The position numbers and the translations under genes were made by a program. Of a stretch of 33,509 nucleotides of DNA, positions 25,748 to 32,534 are shown one piece after another. Position 1 is the first letter of the stretch, and the number at the start of each line of letters is the position of its first letter. Source of the DNA: a virus (Duplodnaviria > Heunggongvirae > Uroviricota > Caudoviricetes); IMG/VR virus record IMGVR_UViG_2778261537_000013; one strand, written 5' to 3'. The notes beneath the pieces are model-generated. The model had not been told where the DNA came from and searched no databases. It saw only the letters and a program-made list of their open reading frames with translations.

Positions 25748-28503
25748 TTTCCGCTGGTCAGGCCACCCCGCAGCAGGTCTGCTTTGCGGCGGGCGCGTTC
25801 AGTGGTTTCACTGATTCTCTGTGCGTGCTCTGCGTCGCGGATGGCGCGCAGCATGTCAGAAAGCACGGTAACGGGTGTTTTCATGGTGTTCTGGTCCTGC
25901 TGAAGTGTGGATGCCAGGCGTGCGGCGGCTTCAGGGTCTGATGCCCCCAGCTGTGCTAGATAGTTGGCGACCGGGTTATGGCGGATCTCCGTGCTGCTTA
26001 CGCCGTGATTACGGCTCAGGCGCTGCCAGAGCTGCGTGATTTGGCTGTCCGGGCGGGTATCCGGTTTGCGTACAATTTCAAATCCCTGCGGTGCAATGAT
26101 GCTGCCGTCAACGTACAGACTGCCGCCCCGTAACAGGTGCTGCATCTGTTGTTCACCGATATGCAGGCCGAGAGATTCAGCAGACTCCCGCCATTCTTTA
26201 GCGAGTAACTCGTGGTTATCAGGCAAAGGTCGCGGCTGTTTGCGGCTCTGTGTCCAGTTCTGCATTTCATCACTGTTGTTTTTTGCCTGTTTGTCACGCA
26301 GCGAACGCATCAGCGCCCGGCGTTCGTGCCGTTTCAGTGAGTGCAGCCATTCGTTCACTTCAACACCGTCAGGGATCTGCGGCCACGGTGCTGGCCGTTC
26401 TTCCGGCTGTTCTGTCCCGTTGTTGTCCGTTTCCTGTACACGGGGACAGTTATTGCCACGAGTCCAAGGGGCGGCAGGGCCGCCCTGAAGGTCAAAACCA
26501 TTTTCGCGGGCGCTGTCTTCCGCTTCCGGTTTGCGTCTTACCAGCTTCCAGTTATCCGGATGCGTGCACACACGGGAGGATTCCCCGATGAGTGGTGACC
26601 AGATCCCGTAAATCTGTACACTCTGCTCGCCGTAATCGTTCAGTTCATCTGCGAGGTCGTAGGCGGTGCGAATCAGGTAGTCCTTGCGTGGAACAAGCAC
26701 GCCACCCTGTTTTTCAATGTAGGTGGCAAAACACCCGGCATCAGCGGCAGCGAGTACCGCATCCATTGCGTCATCCTTCAGGCGTTGCGGGCCTTCCGGG
26801 TTGCGTGCCATCTGGCTGGCAAGGCGACGCAGTTCACGCCACACCTGACGGGAGGGGATACCAAAGAACTGGAACTGGCGGACGCGGTGAAGGCGCGCCC
26901 AGCCGATGGCGCGTTCCACGCTCTCGGCCATTGATTTTCCGGTTTCGTGGTCAACGCGTGGTTTGCCCGTTTTCGGGTCGATGCCATCCACGGCGCGGCT
27001 GTCCAGGTTCTTTCCGATGTAGGTGGCGATGTAGCTGGTTGGCGTGCCTTTTGAGCCGTCTACGTACTCCGCCTTAAAACGAGGAGTTATGTCATCGCCC
27101 AGCTCGTGGCGGTCTTCCTGAATGGCAATATCGCAGACGTGGGACACGATGGTTTCAATCTCGTCCGGATGTGCAAAGACCATCATATGCCAGTGCACGG
27201 TGCCGTCATGGTGAGGCTCCACCGTGCGGATGCCATACCAGCGAAGACCGTCGCGGTTCAGTTTTTTGCGGACCGCCGCAAAAAACATGTTAACCAGGTA
27301 ATCGCTGGAGTCGCGCATGGTGGCCCCGTTCCATTTGGGGTTCGGATGACCGTTCTCCGTTGTTGCGTGGTATTTTGACGGGCAGGTGACAGTCAGAAAC
27401 ACCGCTCTGTCGCCACGGGCTTCGGCCAGAAGTTCCAGCCCCTTCATGGTGGCCATCATTTCTGCTTTACGGTGGACCGGGTTACTTACTCCCGCGTAAT
27501 ACACCGTCTCGAGATCAATCGTGAACCCGTCTTCATTTTCCAGCATGAAACTTTTCAGGAAATCGCGTGTTTTCTCACGCTGTGCGCGAAACTCGCTTAA
27601 CGCGTCCTGGCTCAGATAGGGCGATGTTTTTCTGGAAACCAGACAGGCGGCGCGGAGTTGTTCTTCTCTCCACTCGCAACGTAACAGCCACAGTTTGCGT
27701 TTCCACCATTCCGCACAGGTCAGGCGAAGGATTGCGCCCGGCAGCAGCTCCGTGTCCGGTTCGTTCCTCCGGTCTTTGTCTGTTGTCAGAGCGTCATAAT
27801 GTGGAGGCATAGCGTGCAGGTGTAACGCCATGCGGGCTAGCATCTGATACGCCTTCAGTGTTACATCCATGGTCAGCTCGCCATCAGTCGCGCCAAAGCC
27901 ATCGCAGAGCTTTTCGAAGGTGCTGCTGAACATCGCCGCCGTCATGGTGGCCAGCGTCTGTATCTGGTGTTTGTTGAGCTGCGGCAGGTAAAGCAAATCG
28001 TCCAGGCGTTCGCGTCCGGCAAGGGAGCGATAACCCGGTGTCAGCCAGCGTCCGTCAGTGCGATCCAGACGTTCGAATATTTTGCGCAGGGTTCCGCGTG
28101 CATAGCGTTCCGCCTGCCAGCTCTTTTTGCCTTTCCGGCGATCGGCTTCCTGTTTTTTGCGAAGGAAGGAGAGGTGGCGAATAAGCGGATCGCGCAGATA
28201 GGACGGCAGCAGGCGCAGCGAGGCCATGGCTTCATCCACCGCGCCGCGTGCCTGTTTTCTGGCGTCTCCTGCCAGTGTGATGGTTTTGTCCTGTTTTTCC
28301 TGTGCGTCCAGGCTTTTATTAATCAGGTTGCCCAGCGGCGTGGCGGAGAACGCCGCATCAGCCATTTCCTGGCGGCGCTCGTTCTCTGCCCGGTAGGCAT
28401 CCAGCCAGGAGGAAAGTGCGGATTCAGGAGCGGGGATCCCCGTTCCTTCACGCCCCACTGCGTGGCGCGGTTGTTGCCAGTCCCTGATGTACTCTGCCGT
28501 CAT
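25681..28503 (-). CDS. A: Replication initiation protein gpA (rolling-circle type endonuclease)
   Basis: 940-aa ORF in the P2 A position at the end of the early operon. Longer than P2 A (761 aa), so the C-terminal extension is uncertain. Confidence 0.85.
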   Translation of the reverse strand: MTAEYIRDWQQPRHAVGREGTGIPAPESALSSWLDAYRAENERRQEMADAAFSATPLGNLINKSLDAQEKQDKTITLAGDARKQARGAVDEAMASLRLLPSYLRDPLIRHLSFLRKKQEADRRKGKKSWQAERYARGTLRKIFERLDRTDGRWLTPGYRSLAGRERLDDLLYLPQLNKHQIQTLATMTAAMFSSTFEKLCDGFGATDGELTMDVTLKAYQMLARMALHLHAMPPHYDALTTDKDRRNEPDTELLPGAILRLTCAEWWKRKLWLLRCEWREEQLRAACLVSRKTSPYLSQDALSEFRAQREKTRDFLKSFMLENEDGFTIDLETVYYAGVSNPVHRKAEMMATMKGLELLAEARGDRAVFLTVTCPSKYHATTENGHPNPKWNGATMRDSSDYLVNMFFAAVRKKLNRDGLRWYGIRTVEPHHDGTVHWHMMVFAHPDEIETIVSHVCDIAIQEDRHELGDDITPRFKAEYVDGSKGTPTSYIATYIGKNLDSRAVDGIDPKTGKPRVDHETGKSMAESVERAIGWARLHRVRQFQFFGIPSRQVWRELRRLASQMARNPEGPQRLKDDAMDAVLAAADAGCFATYIEKQGGVLVPRKDYLIRTAYDLADELNDYGEQSVQIYGIWSPLIGESSRVCTHPDNWKLVRRKPEAEDSARENGFDLQGGPAAPWTRGNNCPRVQETDNNGTEQPEERPAPWPQIPDGVEVNEWLHSLKRHERRALMRSLRDKQAKNNSDEMQNWTQSRKQPRPLPDNHELLAKEWRESAESLGLHIGEQQMQHLLRGGSLYVDGSIIAPQGFEIVRKPDTRPDSQITQLWQRLSRNHGVSSTEIRHNPVANYLAQLGASDPEAAARLASTLQQDQNTMKTPVTVLSDMLRAIRDAEHAQRISETTERARRKADLLRGGLTSGNKKQTETGLTNPVNEQKTRSDI

Positions 28504-28509
28504 AATGAT

Positions 28510-28875
28510 TTACTTCGTCATGCCATTCAGGGTGTCGCGGCAGACTGTAGCCAGCCGCTGAATTTCCAGCACGGTGTCTTCTGTGTCGGCATGGCGATGT
28601 GTGATGCGGATGCTGTCGGCAATCACATCGACGATTGCAGAGGATGGGCGCTGGTAAATGCCAATAACGGACGGGGTGCCACCTTCAATGCGGTAAAGCC
28701 TGTAATTTCCCTCGTGGCTGTCAATCATGTAGCGACCATCAATAACAATCTTTCCGTCAGCGAGCTGCGGTACAGGCAGGGATTTCAGGTACATGTCATA
28801 ACGATCACGCACGCGAGCGGCAAGATCACGTTCTGTGTTGAGCAGGTATTCAAGAAAGTCGTTGGCGAGAATCAT
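28510..28875 (-). CDS. Hypothetical early protein (121 aa), translationally coupled to A
   Basis: Its stop lies 4 nt upstream of the A start codon; corresponds to the P2 orf80-83 region. Confidence 0.6.
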   Translation of the reverse strand: MILANDFLEYLLNTERDLAARVRDRYDMYLKSLPVPQLADGKIVIDGRYMIDSHEGNYRLYRIEGGTPSVIGIYQRPSSAIVDVIADSIRITHRHADTEDTVLEIQRLATVCRDTLNGMTK

Positions 28876-28947
28876 TGCGGCAATCCTCTTGTTACAGATG
28901 TGCGAAGGCCTCCCGCCGCAAGGTGCAGGAAAGGCCCGGAACAGGAA

Positions 28948-29178
28948 TTAATGGAGTTTGTTTTGCTGCTGGATGAGCTGTTGAAGCTCGTGCAGATCAT
29001 CCGCCAGATAGCTGAAAACAGCGGCAGAATAGATGTTTGATAGTGCGTGGCTGCGCTCATGCAGCATATTGATGTGCATGATTTGCGCGACGCGTGATGC
29101 GCGGAAAAGTCTGCGGTTGATTTCAGTCTGGATGTGACGACGCTCCGCGATAGCGCGGTGCTGTTTGCGGTTTGCCAT
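28948..29178 (-). CDS. Hypothetical early protein (76 aa)
   Basis: Small basic ORF in the early operon; no family recognised. Confidence 0.45.
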   Translation of the reverse strand: MANRKQHRAIAERRHIQTEINRRLFRASRVAQIMHINMLHERSHALSNIYSAAVFSYLADDLHELQQLIQQQNKLH

Positions 29179-29500
29179 GGTGTGGCCTCTGTAGTTGCAA
29201 GTTTTGAAAACTCACCATCCAGAGGTGGAAAACTCGGGGTGGTGAGACGTACAGGGTTTCCACAACCGGCAACTACAGAACCCGGCCCGACCGAAGTCGG
29301 CCCCGTACGCCCCACCATAATTCGTGTGCGAAAAAGACGTGGCGATACAGTACGCACAAAAAAACCGCTGGCGCGGTTGTGCGCTGTAGTTGTCAGCGGG
29401 GTGGAAATCCCGGCACCCGTTTTATGAGGTGCAGCGGAAATGTAACCTGACTGATTGCGGCATGGCAAGCGGTTTTTTTGTGTGTGCATGTTCTGGTTTC
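29179..29500. promoter_or_regulatory. Repeat-rich structured noncoding region inside the early operon (candidate regulatory, origin or small-RNA region)
   Basis: No convincing ORF. CTGTAGTTG occurs three times (29189 and 29384 direct, 29270 inverted), including an 11-bp perfect inverted repeat tctgtagttgc / gcaactacaga 70 bp apart; GGTGGAAA occurs twice; a GGCCGAC/GTCGGCC hairpin is present. Confidence 0.4.
29358..29378 (-). terminator. Candidate intrinsic terminator on the minus strand within the structured region
   Basis: On the minus strand a 6-bp stem aaccgc / gcggtt with a 4-nt loop is followed by a run of seven T. Confidence 0.5.
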
Positions 29501-29800
29501 TTACTGGTTCAGAAAAAAATCAAAAACCTTGTCAATGCGTTGCAGCAGCTCTTGCTGTATTGCTTCCGGCGTTTCCGGTTCGCCCGGCGCCTCCAACGTC
29601 GCGCAGAAATCAGCGATTTCATGATGGAGCGTCAGGCGAATGGCAGGAGCCGTGGTTCTGGCGTGCTCCAGCTCATTCAGCAGTGCCAGCACAGCAGACG
29701 GCGAGAGCATTGCGCGAAATGCCAGTAATTTTTGAGGCGTTGCCATTCGTTGCAGGGCAAATGCCAGTTCGCGTAGCTTCTGGTGGTTGATGGTGCTCAT
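29501..29800 (-). CDS. Hypothetical early protein (99 aa)
   Basis: Intact ORF with overlapping stop/start to the upstream gene. Confidence 0.5.
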   Translation of the reverse strand: MSTINHQKLRELAFALQRMATPQKLLAFRAMLSPSAVLALLNELEHARTTAPAIRLTLHHEIADFCATLEAPGEPETPEAIQQELLQRIDKVFDFFLNQ

Positions 29801-30063
29801 GCTCTGGCTTCCTTCAGTAGCTGGTTAAACATGTGAGTAAGTGGATTGCTACACCCGAACGGCATCGGGTTTACGTGGTAAGAAGCCTGGCCTCCTGTTT
29901 TGCGAGCGCGACCACCTGTGCTGCGGTTTGTTCTGATGACTAAGCCGCCGCGCCAAAGTCGGCGTAACTCAGCATTAATGGCTGTGGTTGGGGTATTCAG
30001 TGCTGCGGCGATCTCTCCGCCGCTACACCCCGGATGAGTAGCGATGTAGTCCAGAATGGTCAT
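29797..30063 (-). CDS. Putative winged-helix DNA-binding protein (88 aa)
   Basis: N-terminal TILDYIATHPGCSGGEIAAALNTPTTAINAELRRL resembles a helix-turn-helix/winged-helix recognition unit. Confidence 0.45.
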   Translation of the reverse strand: MTILDYIATHPGCSGGEIAAALNTPTTAINAELRRLWRGGLVIRTNRSTGGRARKTGGQASYHVNPMPFGCSNPLTHMFNQLLKEARA

Positions 30064-30263
30064 CTGCGTGGCTCCTGTACCTGTCGGATAAGATTTACTC
30101 GCGCCACGTTGGTGGCGCAGAAGTAAGTGCCGTCAGTGAGGTAGATGTGGTGTGCATCCTTTTCCGAACGATGTTTGTCGATAGTGGTAATCAGGCGTTC
30201 GTCGACCTCGTATTCGCGCCCTCTGGAGGTAAAGCGAACGACGGGAAAATGCTTAATTGCCAT
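30060..30263 (-). CDS. Hypothetical early protein (67 aa)
   Basis: Small ORF with overlapping stop/start to the downstream gene. Confidence 0.45.
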   Translation of the reverse strand: MAIKHFPVVRFTSRGREYEVDERLITTIDKHRSEKDAHHIYLTDGTYFCATNVARVNLIRQVQEPRR

Positions 30264-30286
30264 TGCGCCCCCTTTGTCCAGTAACC

Positions 30287-30703
30287 CTATGCGTTAAATA
30301 CGGCACGTTGCGCGTCATCAATGAATACAGCTTGAGAGCGTTCTATCAGGCGGAGATTTGTCAGAAGCTCTGACTCTTTTGTGTGGTAAGGCGTTATCAG
30401 GTATTTGCCGTGCAGTTCGGCAATAATGGTGTATTGCGTCATTATTGCCGAACCAAGAATGTAAATGCGGCGTCCAATGCTGGACGGATTCATGGCTGCA
30501 ACTGTTGACTGTGTTTTAAGAGTGTCGATTTCTTTGCCCTGTTCCTCAATAATTTTGGCTGCGTCAGCGGTGATTTTTGCAATGGTCAGTGCGTGAAGTG
30601 CTGCCATATGTTGGCTACGCTTCACGGCATCTTTAGCCATTTCATCTTCCGCTTCTGATATTTTTTTTAATGTGTCGATAATGCCTTCTTCTTTTGCTTT
30701 CAT
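30287..30703 (-). CDS. Hypothetical protein (138 aa), AT-rich
   Basis: Intact ORF with predicted helical, lysine/glutamate-rich N-terminus; lower GC than its neighbours. Confidence 0.5.
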   Translation of the reverse strand: MKAKEEGIIDTLKKISEAEDEMAKDAVKRSQHMAALHALTIAKITADAAKIIEEQGKEIDTLKTQSTVAAMNPSSIGRRIYILGSAIMTQYTIIAELHGKYLITPYHTKESELLTNLRLIERSQAVFIDDAQRAVFNA

Positions 30704-30795
30704 TTTATATCTCCGTTATTTACGCGTGCGAATACCTCCATTAATACGGATGGTTTTCACGTTTTCTTATTTAATTTGATGTTTTATTTGTATCG

Positions 30796-30909
30796 TTATT
30801 CATCAGAGAAAAAACGCTCGATCTTTTTCACTGAATTAATAATTCGCATAATCCCAATGGCGCAGACCACCGAAATAATCAGAACAAGCCATGAGATAAA
30901 TATACTCAT
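30796..30909 (-). CDS. Small hydrophobic peptide (37 aa), translationally coupled to the upstream gene
   Basis: Not in the ORF track. Hand translation gives MSIFISWLVLIISVVCAIGIMRIINSVKKIERFFSDE, one transmembrane helix plus a charged tail; its ATG overlaps the upstream stop as ATGA. Confidence 0.35.
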   Translation of the reverse strand: MSIFISWLVLIISVVCAIGIMRIINSVKKIERFFSDE

Positions 30910-31151
30910 GCGATATTCCCCAGCTTATACGGTTCAATATGTTCCCCGCATTCTGCGGCACAGATCAGCTCGGAAAGTTCGTTTAGTGCATCCAGATCAT
31001 CAGCGTAAAAAGCCACGTCATACAGACTCCGGATTGCCCTGGTCAATGAGTCACGGGCTGCACGTTCAGCATGAGCGCCTGATGCGCTTAAGCGAAAATA
31101 AAAACGCTCAAGTGCTTTGTTAATGAGAGTTTTATATTCTTTGCCCATCAC
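30906..31151 (-). CDS. Hypothetical early protein (81 aa)
   Basis: Intact ORF in the early operon. Confidence 0.45.
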   Translation of the reverse strand: MMGKEYKTLINKALERFYFRLSASGAHAERAARDSLTRAIRSLYDVAFYADDLDALNELSELICAAECGEHIEPYKLGNIA

Positions 31152-31159
31152 AACGCCCT

Positions 31160-31438
31160 TTAATCTGCTTTCTTAATTTCAGCTTCTGAATCCATACAAA
31201 TAATTTCGATATAAGGTTCATCGCCATTAGCCTGGCGCGCTTTTTCAGCTTCGCTAATGGCTTCGCGAACGGTCTGGTACGGAAGCTCCACGATCAGTTG
31301 TGCGTTGTTCGCATAAACGTGAGTAACTGCTTTTTTTTCTGCCTGGGCTACAGCATCAATAGCTGATGCACGTAATAACAGTTCACCGCGAAAATCAATA
31401 AAACGGATAAATACACCTTGTGCATACTCTTTGGTCAT
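31160..31438 (-). CDS. Hypothetical early protein (92 aa)
   Basis: Intact ORF in the early operon. Confidence 0.45.
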   Translation of the reverse strand: MTKEYAQGVFIRFIDFRGELLLRASAIDAVAQAEKKAVTHVYANNAQLIVELPYQTVREAISEAEKARQANGDEPYIEIICMDSEAEIKKAD

Positions 31439-31448
31439 AAATCACCTG

Positions 31449-31787
31449 TTATAAATCAGTCTGTTTAATAAAACTTTGCCCGCGAAGCAGACGATCAACC
31501 GTGCGAAGTGCTTCGTATAATGTGAAATCCTGTCCGAACTGATTGTCGCCACAGCTCAATGCAAAAATGCGGTTTCCGGTAAACGGATTGCGTGGGCATC
31601 TGTGAACCACGATTCCAGCTTTTTCAATTAGCCAGGTGTGTTCGCCAATTTGTTTTACTGTGTGGCCATCAGGTGTTGCGTGCGTCTCGCTCAGACTGTA
31701 GCGGATGTTGCTGCGTGATGCGTTGGTAGCGAAATGGTTAGCGTGGCGTTCTGTTCCGGTACGAAAATTACGGCGTTGCTTCAGCAT
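31449..31787 (-). CDS. Hypothetical early protein (112 aa)
   Basis: Intact ORF directly after the cox-like gene. Confidence 0.45.
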   Translation of the reverse strand: MLKQRRNFRTGTERHANHFATNASRSNIRYSLSETHATPDGHTVKQIGEHTWLIEKAGIVVHRCPRNPFTGNRIFALSCGDNQFGQDFTLYEALRTVDRLLRGQSFIKQTDL

Positions 31788-31801
31788 AAAATGACACCTC
31801 G

Positions 31802-32080
31802 TTATTTTGTCATCTGCACGTATTTCTCTGCGCTCCTGATTGTTTTCAGGAAAAGAGCGAAGAGATTTACTGTGCGTCTTGAGTTCTTTTCATCCTGGTT
31901 GATGGGAATTGAACCTCTGTCAGCCTGTCTTTTCACTGTGTTAACAGCTTGGTTGGTACGCTTTGCGTAATCTTTCAGGCTTTCTTCAAGTACTGGTAAC
32001 CCATGCTCATCGCGGTAGGGATAGAACGCTGCTAAACGCTCAAAGTCTGCCTGTTCGTGTGTGTTCAGGACTTTTGCCAT
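31802..32080 (-). CDS. Cox/Apl-like first early-operon protein (putative excisionase and switch regulator)
   Basis: 92 aa, divergent from C across a 96-bp operator-bearing region; size and position equal P2 cox (91 aa). The sequence itself is not confidently recognised. Confidence 0.5.
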   Translation of the reverse strand: MAKVLNTHEQADFERLAAFYPYRDEHGLPVLEESLKDYAKRTNQAVNTVKRQADRGSIPINQDEKNSRRTVNLFALFLKTIRSAEKYVQMTK

Positions 32081-32118
32081 GTGTGATAACCTGCGCTATC
32101 TGTGGTTGTTTGTGACTT

Positions 32119-32164
32119 GGTGTACTTATAAGTACACCTTGTGCGCAAGCTTAGTGTACTTATA
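32119..32164. promoter_or_regulatory. Immunity switch operator region: 20-bp perfect palindrome plus a direct-repeat half-site
   Basis: GGTGTACTTATAAGTACACC (32119..32138) is a perfect palindrome containing a TATAAG -10-like core; GTGTACTTATA recurs at 32154..32164, just upstream of the C ribosome-binding site. Confidence 0.55.
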
Positions 32165-32176
32165 GGAACACTGTCA

Positions 32177-32485
32177 ATGCTTATCGGTGAAAAAATTAGA
32201 GTGATTCGTGAATCAGAGGATTTAACGCGCGAAGAATTTTGCGGCCTGATTGATGTGCCTATCGGCACTTTGCGTCGTTATGAAACGGGGCGGATTGAAA
32301 ACATAGGGGGCGAAGTGCTTATCAAGATTGTTAATCACCCTCGCTTTTTTAAGTACATGAATTGGCTTATGACGGGAAAAACAAATGAGGCTGCTGGGCA
32401 GATCAGTCCGTCTCTCTCCCCTGATGGGCCAAAAAGCACATCGCCTTCTCAAAAACCCCGCAAGACTGGCACACAGCCCGGCTAA
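32177..32485 (+). CDS. C: Immunity repressor C (P2 C-like)
   Basis: From ATG 32177 (AGGAA upstream): MLIGEKIRVIRESEDLTREEFCGLIDVPIGTLRRYETGR...HPRFFKYMNWLMTGK parallels P2 C. The ORF-track GTG at 32141 would include the operator and was not used. Confidence 0.8.
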   Translation: MLIGEKIRVIRESEDLTREEFCGLIDVPIGTLRRYETGRIENIGGEVLIKIVNHPRFFKYMNWLMTGKTNEAAGQISPSLSPDGPKSTSPSQKPRKTGTQPG

Positions 32486-32534
32486 TCATGGAGCGCTGGG
32501 GGCATGGTGGTCTTGTAACGCTGGGGTTTCACGA

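Noticed and set aside
29220-29310. Possible tRNA or tmRNA-like gene because of the dense stem-loops
   Set aside because: No cloverleaf with a 7-bp acceptor stem pairing the two ends could be drawn, and no anticodon-loop-like structure; retained only as a generic structured region.
28872-29489. 205-aa minus-strand ORF spanning the structured noncoding region
   Set aside because: Ser/Thr/Arg-rich low-complexity translation; overlaps the better-supported 76-aa gene in another frame and runs through the repeat and terminator structures.
32141-32176. GTG at 32141 as the start of repressor C (ORF-track start)
   Set aside because: That extension would translate through the operator palindrome region; the ATG at 32177 has an AGGAA ribosome-binding site and gives a P2 C-like N-terminus.
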